Assembly (NCBI GenBank): GCA_035534615.1
Contig: DATLRO010000082.1
Span: forward strand, 65,458 to 129,457
Source: Vicinamibacterales bacterium
Lineage (GTDB): Bacteria > Acidobacteriota > Vicinamibacteria > Vicinamibacterales > CAVVIG01
DNA length: 64,000 nt
Direction of reading: 5' to 3'
Position 1 is the first letter of the stretch. Each line of letters begins with the position of its first letter. A program made the position numbers and the translations under genes. Under the pieces are notes generated by a model, which did not search any database, was not told the DNA's origin, and was given only the letters and a program-made list of their open reading frames with translations. This document shows, piece by piece, positions 37,976 to 45,780 of the stretch.

Positions 37976-40273
37976 ATGGCTCGCACCGCTTCCGCGTCAT
38001 CGACGCGCCCCGGCTCCCGGCGCCGTGCCGCCCCCCGGCGGCCACCCGAGCCAGCGCAGCCCGGGCGGCCGCCGGCACGCGACCGTCTGGTCTGGATGCT
38101 CGTGGTGTTCGCCGTCGCGCTCGGCATCCGCGTCCTGCACGTCTGGCTGATCCACCGCGAGCCGTTCTTCACGCTGAGACTCGGCGACGCGGACGTCTAT
38201 GACGCCTGGGCCCGGCGGATCGCGGCCGGCGACTGGGTCGGGCACCAGGTCTTCTATCAGGCCCCGCTGTATCCGTACTTCCTGGCGGTCATCTACCTGA
38301 CGCTCGGGCCGGCCGTCCTGACGGTCCGGCTGGTGCAGGCGGTCCTCAGCGCGGCGGCGTGCGCGCTGCTGGCGGGCGCCGGCTGGCGCCTGTTCTCGAA
38401 GCAGGCCGGCCTCGTCGCCGGATTCATGCTGGCGCTCTATCCGCCGTCGATCTTCCTCGACACGCTCCTTCAGAAATCGGCCCTGGATCTGTTCTTCCTG
38501 TGCCTGGCGCTGTGGCTGCTGAGCCGTCTGCTGGCCGCGCCCGGGCGCGCCGTCGCGTGGTGGCTCGGCGTCTCGCTCGGCGGCCTGATGCTCGTCCGCG
38601 AGAACACGCTGATCCTGGTCGCGCCGCTGCTGGTCTGGTTCGCGCTCCAGCGCGCATGGTCGCCCCGCCGCCGCCTCGCGCTCGCCGGCCTGTTCGTCGC
38701 CGGCCTCGGCGTCGTGCTGGTGCCGGTCGCCATCCGCAACGGCATGGTGGGCGGCGAATTCTACGTGACGACGGCGCAGTTCGGTCCGAACTTCTACATC
38801 GGCAACAATCCGCACGCGGACGGCACGTACAAGTCCCTGCGGCCGATGCGGGGCCGCGCGGCGGTCGAGCGGAAGGACGCGACCACCCTGGCCGAACGGG
38901 CGCTCGGGCGCACGCTGACGCCGGCGGAAGTCTCCGGGTACTACACGGGCCAGGCGCTCGATTTCATCCGCACGCAGCCCGGACGGTGGGTGCAGCTGCT
39001 CCTCCGGAAGTTCGCGCTCACGTGGAACACGACCGAGATCGCCGACACCGAAGATCAGTACACCTACGCCGGGCTGTCGTGGCCGCTGCGGCTGGAGGCG
39101 ATCTGGAACCTGGGCGTCCTGGCGCCGCTCGCCTGCCTCGGGCTCTGGAGCACGCGCGACGACTGGCGGCGGCTGTGGCTCCTGCACCTCATGCTCGCCG
39201 CGTACGTCGCCAGCGTCGTCCTGTTCTACGTGTTCGCCCGCTACCGGTATCCGATGGTGCCGTTCCTCGTCCTGTTCGCGGCGGCCGGCGTCACCCGCCT
39301 GCGCGCGTTCGTGCGGGAGCGCGGCCGCGGCGACATCGCCGGGTGCGCGGCGGCGACCGTCGCCGTCGCGGTCTTCTGCAACTGGCCGATGATCCCGCGC
39401 AACAGACTCGAAGCGGTCACGCACTACAACTTCGGTGTCGGCTTCGAGCGGCGGCACCAGCCGGCACTCGCGGTTCAGGAGTACCACGCCGCCCTCGCGC
39501 TCGACCCGGCGCTGGTGGTGGCGCACAACGATCTCGGGCTGCTGCTCGGCCGCCAGGGGCATCTGCGCCAGGCGGCCCGGGAGCTCGAGACGGTGGTCCG
39601 CCTCGATCCGACGTACGCCACGGCGCAGAACAATCTCGGCGTCGTGCTCGGCCAGCAGGGCGACCTCCGCGACGCCCTCGCGCACTTCGAGGCCGCGATC
39701 CGGATCGACCCGCGCAATGCGGAGGCCCACAACAACCTGGGGCAGATGCTCGCCGCGCAGGGGCGGATAACCGACGCGCGGGCGGAGTACGAGCAGGCCG
39801 CCCGCCTCGATCCCCGGTACGCCGAGGCGCGGCGGAACCTCGCGCGCCTGGACGCTGCCCAGGGCCGGTTCGCGGAGGCGGCCGCGGAATACCGGCAGGC
39901 GCTGGCGCTGGCCCCGGACGATGCCGCGACCCACGCCGCGCTGGCGCAGGTGCTGGTGCGCACGGGCGATGTCGACCAGGCGGCGGCCGAATTCCAGCGG
40001 GCAGTTGCGCTCCGCCCGGACGATCCGGCCATCCTCAACGACTTCGGGATCCTGCTGGCGGGCGCCGGCCGGCTGGACGCGGCGGCGGCGCAGTTCCAGC
40101 GGGCGATCGTGGTGGCGCCCGACGGCGCCGAGGCGCACAACAACCTCGGGATCGTCCTCGCCCAGCAGGGGCACACGGCCGAAGCGGCCGCGGAGTTCCG
40201 GCAGGCGATCAGCCTCGATCCGGGTTACGACGAAGCCCGGCGGAACCTGGCGCGCCTGCACGTGCGCCCCTGA
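37976..40273 (+). CDS. Membrane glycosyltransferase (GT39/ArnT-like, PMT_2) fused to a C-terminal TPR repeat array
   Basis: 765 aa with about 10 hydrophobic helices in the first 460 aa (DADVYDAWARRIAAGDW near the N-terminus), followed by about 8 TPR units (AHNNLG..., AQNNLG..., AEAHNNLG...). Confidence 0.85.
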   Translation: MARTASASSTRPGSRRRAAPRRPPEPAQPGRPPARDRLVWMLVVFAVALGIRVLHVWLIHREPFFTLRLGDADVYDAWARRIAAGDWVGHQVFYQAPLYPYFLAVIYLTLGPAVLTVRLVQAVLSAAACALLAGAGWRLFSKQAGLVAGFMLALYPPSIFLDTLLQKSALDLFFLCLALWLLSRLLAAPGRAVAWWLGVSLGGLMLVRENTLILVAPLLVWFALQRAWSPRRRLALAGLFVAGLGVVLVPVAIRNGMVGGEFYVTTAQFGPNFYIGNNPHADGTYKSLRPMRGRAAVERKDATTLAERALGRTLTPAEVSGYYTGQALDFIRTQPGRWVQLLLRKFALTWNTTEIADTEDQYTYAGLSWPLRLEAIWNLGVLAPLACLGLWSTRDDWRRLWLLHLMLAAYVASVVLFYVFARYRYPMVPFLVLFAAAGVTRLRAFVRERGRGDIAGCAAATVAVAVFCNWPMIPRNRLEAVTHYNFGVGFERRHQPALAVQEYHAALALDPALVVAHNDLGLLLGRQGHLRQAARELETVVRLDPTYATAQNNLGVVLGQQGDLRDALAHFEAAIRIDPRNAEAHNNLGQMLAAQGRITDARAEYEQAARLDPRYAEARRNLARLDAAQGRFAEAAAEYRQALALAPDDAATHAALAQVLVRTGDVDQAAAEFQRAVALRPDDPAILNDFGILLAGAGRLDAAAAQFQRAIVVAPDGAEAHNNLGIVLAQQGHTAEAAAEFRQAISLDPGYDEARRNLARLHVRP

Positions 40274-40287
40274 GCGTCCGCAGCGCC

Positions 40288-40524
40288 GTCAACACGCTGC
40301 GCTGCACGGACGAGGAGATCGTGCGCGTCGCGCGCGCGGCGTTCGCCGAGGCGCGCCGGCGCCGCCGCCACATGGTCGAGGAGCGGGTCGCCGACGAACA
40401 GGGGCTGGATGCCGCGTTCGGGATCGACAAGGGAGCGCGGGCACGGCTGCTGACCGGCCTGGATGCCATCGCGCGGACGCTGGCGCAGGCAGAGGCGATC
40501 GACACCTTCGAGCGCGGGCACGAA
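40288..40524 (+). pseudogene. Remnant of the C-terminal ~75 codons of a LeuD/aconitase-swivel-type gene
   Basis: This frame of track ORF 38359..40992 reads VNTLRCTDEEIVRVARAAFAE...LDAAFGIDKGARARLLTGLDAIARTLAQAEAIDTFE. It aligns without gaps to my recollection of the E. coli LeuD C-terminus (...[12 protein letters not shown]...[34 protein letters not shown]), with identical spacing from the DxE to the GLD. There is no N-terminal part, no convincing start and no stop before 40992. Confidence 0.45.
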
Positions 40525-40548
40525 GGCGCACTCACCGGCGGGGCGGGC

Positions 40549-40956
40549 TCAGGCGGGCACGAGGGCGTCCAGTTCCGGCAGCAGCACGATCCCTTCCTGA
40601 TCATGCGCGGCCGTGTGCGCCACCAGCGCCCGGCAGGTTGCATGCGACCGGTTCCTCACCAGGTGCGGCATCCCGGCCGGCACGTACATGTAATCGCCGG
40701 CCCGCGCCTCCAGCCGCTGCGCCAGCCGGACGCCGAAATACATCTCGGCCTCCCCCTCGATGACATAGACGGCCGTCTCAACGCCGTGATGGAGATGTGT
40801 CTTCGCGCGGGCGCCCGGCGGCCGGACGGCGAGGTTCAGACAGATCCCGGTCGTGCCGGCCGTCTCGCTCGTCAGCCCCGCCAGATACGTCAGCCCCTGC
40901 CGGCCGACATAGGCGCCCCCCGTGCGCACGACGGCGCAGGTCGCTTCGGTAGCCAT
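40549..40956 (-). CDS. Cupin domain protein
   Basis: 135 aa: HLHHGVETAVYVIEGEAEMYFG...GDYMYVPAGMPHLVRN, a two-motif cupin signature. Confidence 0.75.
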   Translation of the reverse strand: MATEATCAVVRTGGAYVGRQGLTYLAGLTSETAGTTGICLNLAVRPPGARAKTHLHHGVETAVYVIEGEAEMYFGVRLAQRLEARAGDYMYVPAGMPHLVRNRSHATCRALVAHTAAHDQEGIVLLPELDALVPA

Positions 40957-41208
40957 CCCCGCCTCCCCGAGGCGCGGCGACCCGCAGTCTGAGCCCGCGG
41001 TGCCGCACCGGCATGCTCAGCGCAATTGTAGAACAGGCGCACTCGCGGCGATGTGCACGGCCGCACGGACTTCCGAAAGAAGGATGATCGCGTGCTCGGA
41101 GGCGCCGGCGGAAACGGCCCGCACGGCGGGCCCGCGAGGGAGCGGCGCGGGGCACCGGGCCCCCGCGAGCGACCGAGCCGGGGTCCGGGGCGGCGCCCCG
41201 GCAGGAGA

Positions 41209-41853
41209 TCAGTGCACGCGGATGCTCCAGGCCGTCTTGGCGCGGAACCAGTCGTCCTCGACGATGGTCCACAGGGCCTGGTCCAGATATTCGCCCGCCC
41301 GGAAGAACGCGCGCCGGAGCACCGCCTCCTTGATCGCGCCGATCTTCTGGAGCGCGTTGTTGCACCGGCCGTTCTGGAGCGCCGCCCGCGCCTCCAGCCG
41401 GTGCGTGCCGGCGATTCCGAACGCGAAGTCGATCATCAGCCGGGCGGAATCCATGAAGAAGCCCGATCCCCAGTAGTCGGAGCCGAGCGCGAACCCCCAC
41501 TCCGCCGTCGCGAAGCGCGGCTCGAGCTGTCGGAGGTGCAGCAGTCCGACCGGGTGCTGCGCCTCGTGCGGCACGACGACGTAGCAGGCGTACGCGCCCG
41601 CCTCGCGCTCCTTGATCGCCCAGTCGACGAACCGCTGGAACTCGGCGATTGTCGTGGGTGGCGTCGACAGGAAGCGCGAAACTTCCGGCGCCGTCAGCAG
41701 CGTCACCAGATGCGGCGCGTCGGTCGGGCGGACCTCCCGGAGGCTGACGAGTCGACCGGTCAGCAGCGGCAGTGCCTGCCGCCAGTCGTCGACTTCGGCC
41801 GGCGCCGGCGCGTCGGCCTCTTCCAGTTCGGGAGGTTTCGGCATCTTCTCCAT
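41209..41853 (-). CDS. GNAT family N-acetyltransferase (RimJ/RimL-like)
   Basis: 214 aa: LTGRLVSLREVRPTDAPHL...WGFALGSDYWGSGFFMDSARLMIDFAF...HRLEARAALQNGRCNNALQKIGA. Confidence 0.85.
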   Translation of the reverse strand: MEKMPKPPELEEADAPAPAEVDDWRQALPLLTGRLVSLREVRPTDAPHLVTLLTAPEVSRFLSTPPTTIAEFQRFVDWAIKEREAGAYACYVVVPHEAQHPVGLLHLRQLEPRFATAEWGFALGSDYWGSGFFMDSARLMIDFAFGIAGTHRLEARAALQNGRCNNALQKIGAIKEAVLRRAFFRAGEYLDQALWTIVEDDWFRAKTAWSIRVH

Positions 41854-41880
41854 GAGCGTAGGCTCCTCACGTTCCCGGCG

Positions 41881-43734
41881 CTAAGGCTGCGGTCCGGCGG
41901 AGGCCGCCTGCACAAGGCCGGTTCCCCAGACGATGTTGTTCCCCCAGACGATGTTGTTCCCCCAGACGATGTTGCTCCCCCAGACGATGTTGCTCCCCCA
42001 GACGATGTTGTCGCCCCACACGATGTTGTCGCCCCAGACGATGTTGCTGCCCCAGACGATGTTGCTCCCCCAGACAATGTTGTCGCCCCAGACAATGTTG
42101 TCGCCCCAGACGATGTTCTGCGCCCAGGCCGCCTGGTCCGCGTCGAACAGGTACCCCCAGACGATGTTGTCGCCCCAGACGATGTTCTGGGCCCACGCCA
42201 GCGTCTGGCCGCCAATCGACGTGTACGGCGTGACGGAGGAGGTCAGCCAGCCGTCGTGGCCCGATCGCCCGGTGTCGATCGCTCCGGCCAGCGCAATCGC
42301 TCCGGCGGCGTTCACTTCGCCGGTCCCCTGCGTCAGCGCGTCGTACGGCCTGCCGGCCTCGTCGTGCAGCGGAAGCGCCGTGTACTGCAGAATCGCCTTC
42401 ACGAGGTTCGGCGTCAGCGGCGGTACCGCCGCGCCGGTCCGCATGGCCTCCTCGTGCGCCTGGAGCACCAGCGCCACGACACCGCTGGCGACCCCCGTGG
42501 CCATGCTCGTGCCGCTCAGCTTCAGGAACGCGGCGCCGCTCTTCAGCAGGACGCGGTCCGTGGCCAGCTGACGGAACAGGCTCGAGTGCGTGGCGGCATC
42601 GGAAATCAGGTCCTGGCCAGGCGCCACCAGATCCGGCTTCGCGTAGCCGTCATACCACGTCGGACCGCGGGAGCTGTAAGGCGCCACGCGGTCGTCGTCG
42701 CGCGTGACGGTGTTCTGCGTCATCGCAGCGCCGACGGTGACGGCGTCGGGCGCGTTGCCCGGCGACGTGATCCCGGCGTAGCCCGTCTGGTTCGTCTGCG
42801 GGTTCGTGCCGTAGTTGCCCGCGGACGTGACGACGATCAGACCGGCGTGGACCGCCCGCTCCACCGCCTGCACGAGCGGGTCGCTCGCCGCCGGCTCGAG
42901 AATCGGATGGCCGAGCGACAGGTTGACGACCTGCACGCCCAGCGCGTCCTTGTTCGCCGTGACGAACTCGAGCGCCTTGACGACGTTGCTCGTCAGCCCC
43001 TCGCCATGACTGTCGAGCACCTTGAAGACGGCGAAATGCACGCCCGGCGCGATGCCCGCGTACTCGCCGTCGGACAGGACGCCGCTTGCCCCGATCAGGC
43101 CGGCGACCTGCGTCCCATGACCGTAGTCGTCGTACGGCGCGGTCTCGATGCCGCCCCGCGTGAAGTCGTAGAAGGCGGTGATCCGCCCGGAGAAATCCGG
43201 CGACGGCTGCAGCCCCGAATCGATCAGCGCGACGCCGATGCCCGCCCCGGTGACGCTGTCGTCATTCCACGACGCCGCTGTCGGGCCGAGCCCGAGCGTG
43301 GCCCGGAGCGCATCGACGACGTCGCCCGTGACAGACCTGCCCCCGCGGGCGCCGCGCCGACGGTCGGCATCGAACCGGCGCCGCCCCTCGGCGGTGACGA
43401 TCGCGTCGCTCGAGACCGACACCACATTCGGGTTGTCGGCGAGCGCCTGAATGGCTTCGCCCGAGGCGTCGACCGCCAGGACGTGCAGGGCAGCAGAGTC
43501 GAGCGTCACGGCTTCTCCCCGCGCCTCCAGCATCTTGCGGAGAATCTCCCGTGAGCCCGGCGCCACGCGCACGATGATTCGCGCGTGCTCGCCCGGATGT
43601 CCGAGCACCCGGCGCACGGCCCGGTCCACCGTGGCGTGATGTGCGTCTCGTGTGGGTCCGGCCTGCGCCGCCCCGGTCAGCGGCAGCCACAGCAGGGCCA
43701 CCGCGAGCATCAAGGACGTTTTAACAGACTTCAT
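41881..43734 (-). CDS. Secreted S8 (subtilisin-like) serine peptidase with a C-terminal NIVWG hexapeptide repeat domain
   Basis: It has a signal peptide (MKSVKTSLMLAVALLWLPLTGAAQA), the catalytic blocks VALIDSG, HGTQVAG and SGTSMATG, and ends with 13 NIVWG units. Confidence 0.9.
   Translation of the reverse strand: MKSVKTSLMLAVALLWLPLTGAAQAGPTRDAHHATVDRAVRRVLGHPGEHARIIVRVAPGSREILRKMLEARGEAVTLDSAALHVLAVDASGEAIQALADNPNVVSVSSDAIVTAEGRRRFDADRRRGARGGRSVTGDVVDALRATLGLGPTAASWNDDSVTGAGIGVALIDSGLQPSPDFSGRITAFYDFTRGGIETAPYDDYGHGTQVAGLIGASGVLSDGEYAGIAPGVHFAVFKVLDSHGEGLTSNVVKALEFVTANKDALGVQVVNLSLGHPILEPAASDPLVQAVERAVHAGLIVVTSAGNYGTNPQTNQTGYAGITSPGNAPDAVTVGAAMTQNTVTRDDDRVAPYSSRGPTWYDGYAKPDLVAPGQDLISDAATHSSLFRQLATDRVLLKSGAAFLKLSGTSMATGVASGVVALVLQAHEEAMRTGAAVPPLTPNLVKAILQYTALPLHDEAGRPYDALTQGTGEVNAAGAIALAGAIDTGRSGHDGWLTSSVTPYTSIGGQTLAWAQNIVWGDNIVWGYLFDADQAAWAQNIVWGDNIVWGDNIVWGSNIVWGSNIVWGDNIVWGDNIVWGSNIVWGSNIVWGNNIVWGNNIVWGTGLVQAASAGPQP
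41923..42189 (-). repeat. In-frame 18-bp tandem repeat array encoding (x)NIVWG units: 11 contiguous units (41923-42120) plus 2 more (42154-42189)
   Basis: The plus strand reads nCC CCA GAC GAT GTT nnn repeatedly. Neighbouring units are pairwise near-identical (pattern N N S S D D S S D D in DNA order), indicating recent unit duplications. Confidence 0.95.
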
Positions 43735-43986
43735 ACGACAGAAGGGACAGCAAATCGCCCGCCAGCAGCGCCGATCGGCCCTCGCCTGCCGTAAGCCCTT
43801 TCAAGTCAGGTCGTTACTTCATTGTCATCGATTCGTCCGGCCGGGCCCGGCAGGCCGCGGGCGCACACCCCCGGGTGTCGCACGCCACCGTTAACCCTCG
43901 CGGGCGCTGTCACTTCCCCGGTCTTGACGATTCAGCACACGCGTGTGCGCCATGGCACACGAGGGAAGCGCTGACGCCTGCCCCGA

Positions 43987-44463
43987 TCACTCGGGCAGCT
44001 CAGACGAATCAATCGGCGGGAGCGCGTCGGACTGCAGTACCAGGCGGATTTCGAGCGCGATCGTCTCGGGCAGGCAGGGCTTGGCCACGAAGGCATCGCA
44101 GCCGCATTCGCGCGCCCGCTGCCGGGCGGCGCCGTCCATCGAGAAGCCGGTCATGGCAATCACGCGGACGCGGGCGGTGCGGGGGTCGCGCTTCAGCTGG
44201 CGCATCACTTCCCAGCCGTCGATGTCCGGCAGCTGGAGATCCATGAGGATGACGTCGGGATTCAGCGCCGCGGCCTGCTTCAGCGCGGCGTGGCCATCGG
44301 CCGCTTCGGCGGCGCGGAAGCCGGACATGCTCAGGCCTTCCAGCACCCATTCGCGGATCGCCGGGTCGTCATCGACCACCAGCACCAGCGGGCCCTGCGG
44401 CAGCCCGGCCCGCCTGGCCTCGTCTCTCGAGAAGTCGTCCGTCATCGAAGTCCTCGCTGCCAC
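43987..44463 (-). CDS. Stand-alone response regulator receiver protein
   Basis: LVLVVDDDPAIREW...ILMDLQLPDIDGWE...VIAMTG...FVAKP. The start is either the track start or Met7. Confidence 0.85.
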   Translation of the reverse strand: MAARTSMTDDFSRDEARRAGLPQGPLVLVVDDDPAIREWVLEGLSMSGFRAAEAADGHAALKQAAALNPDVILMDLQLPDIDGWEVMRQLKRDPRTARVRVIAMTGFSMDGAARQRARECGCDAFVAKPCLPETIALEIRLVLQSDALPPIDSSELPE

Positions 44464-44481
44464 CCGGGGGTCGTCTTCGGT

Positions 44482-45723
44482 TCAGTCGATGCGCCGCACG
44501 GCCGGATCGAGCGTCGCCGCCGCGGTCACGGCGACGACGAACGCACCGGCCGCGGCGAACATCAGCGTCGCATGCGTGGCGGCCACGGCCCCGGCCGCCA
44601 CGTACGACACCGGCGTCAGCCCGATCGACGCGAACATCATCAGGCTCATGATGCGCCCGAGCATGTCGTGCGGCGCCATCGCCTGGAGCCACGCCACGAA
44701 CACGACATTCAGGAACCCGGAGCCGAAGCCGATGAGCGCCAGCAGCGCCGAGGCCACGGCGACGCTCGAAGCGAAGCCGAGCGCCGCGAGGCAGAGGCCG
44801 ACGGCGGCGCAGATCGCCAGCCACGTCAGGCCGCGGTGGCGCCTCTGGCGGACCAGGCCGGCCAGGAGCGCGCCGGCGAGCGCGCCGCCGCCGAGCGCCG
44901 ACAGCATGAGGCCGAAGCCGGCCGCGCCGCCGAACCGCTGCTCCGCGACGACCGCCAGGCCGACGGTCGACGGCCCGGCCGACGCCAGGCTCAGCCCGGC
45001 CGACAGCAGCAGGAGCCCTCGGGCCGGCGGGAACCGCCACACGAGCGCCACGCCCCGGCGGACGTCGGCCATGAGAAGGGCGCGGTCGATCGGCGCGAGC
45101 GGCTCACCGCCGGCGAGCCCGCGCCCGCCCATCATCACGAACAGCGTCGCCGCCGCGAACACGAACGTGGCGGCGTCAATCGCAAAGGCGGCCGCCGTCC
45201 CGGCCGTGGCCACGACGACGCCCGCCGCGGCCGGCCCGACGAGGCTGCTGACCTGGGACGAGCTCTGCATCAGGCTGTTCGCCGCCGGCAGGTCTCCGGT
45301 GTCGACGAGCATCGTCAGCAGCGTCTGGAACGCCGGGTACGAGAAGGCGTCGACGATGCCGAAGAGGGCCGCCAGTACGTACAGCTGCCACATCCGCAGC
45401 GCACCGATCGCCACCAGCAGCGCGAGGCTGCCGACCAGCACGGCGCGCGCGACGTTCGAATAGAACGTGATCGACCGGGGCGGCACCCGATCCGTGACCG
45501 CGCCGCCGAGCAGCATCAGCGCGGCGCGCGGGACGGCCGACAGCGTCAGGACGGCGCCGACCTGAAGCGCCGAGTGCGTCAGGCCGAGGACGACCCACGG
45601 CACCGCGACGGTGAAGAACTGGTCGCCGAGCAGCGATACCGCCGAGCCGGACCAGACGAGCCGGAAGTCGCGGGAGGCCAGCGGCTTCCAGATCGGCACG
45701 CGCCGGTGCGGCTCCTGCGTCAA
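44482..45723 (-). CDS. MFS transporter
   Basis: 413 aa with about 12 hydrophobic helices and an N-terminal FRLVWSGSAVSLLGDQF, as in the MFS_3/EntS-like group. Confidence 0.85.
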   Translation of the reverse strand: MTQEPHRRVPIWKPLASRDFRLVWSGSAVSLLGDQFFTVAVPWVVLGLTHSALQVGAVLTLSAVPRAALMLLGGAVTDRVPPRSITFYSNVARAVLVGSLALLVAIGALRMWQLYVLAALFGIVDAFSYPAFQTLLTMLVDTGDLPAANSLMQSSSQVSSLVGPAAAGVVVATAGTAAAFAIDAATFVFAAATLFVMMGGRGLAGGEPLAPIDRALLMADVRRGVALVWRFPPARGLLLLSAGLSLASAGPSTVGLAVVAEQRFGGAAGFGLMLSALGGGALAGALLAGLVRQRRHRGLTWLAICAAVGLCLAALGFASSVAVASALLALIGFGSGFLNVVFVAWLQAMAPHDMLGRIMSLMMFASIGLTPVSYVAAGAVAATHATLMFAAAGAFVVAVTAAATLDPAVRRID

Positions 45724-45780
45724 CGCCCCTTCCCTGCCGCGGCCCGGGCGCCCGCACCGCCCGGGACCCGGCCGCCGGCC

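Noticed and set aside
39400-40270. DNA-level repetition within the 3' third of the GT39-TPR gene.
   Set aside because: It is explained by about 8 consecutive 34-residue TPR units (AEAHNNLG-type consensus). This is ordinary protein-repeat structure, not a separate element.
38359-40992. 877-aa plus-strand ORF overlapping the GT39-TPR gene in another frame.
   Set aside because: It is an Arg/Pro/Ala-rich frame shadow of the real gene over most of its length. Only the 40288-40524 portion shows family-like sequence (a LeuD C-terminus), and that is reported separately as a remnant.
41209-41853. GNAT acetyltransferase as the toxin of a GNAT/RHH (TacT-type) toxin-antitoxin pair.
   Set aside because: At 214 aa it is RimJ/RimL-like rather than the compact ~170-aa toxin type. 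No small RHH/DUF1778 antitoxin ORF sits upstream: only 27 nt separate it from the protease stop.
41923-42189. Regular short tandem repeat that might be mistaken for a CRISPR array.
   Set aside because: The period is 18 bp with no spacers, and the array is in frame within the S8 protease and encodes NIVWG units. There are no cas genes in the window.
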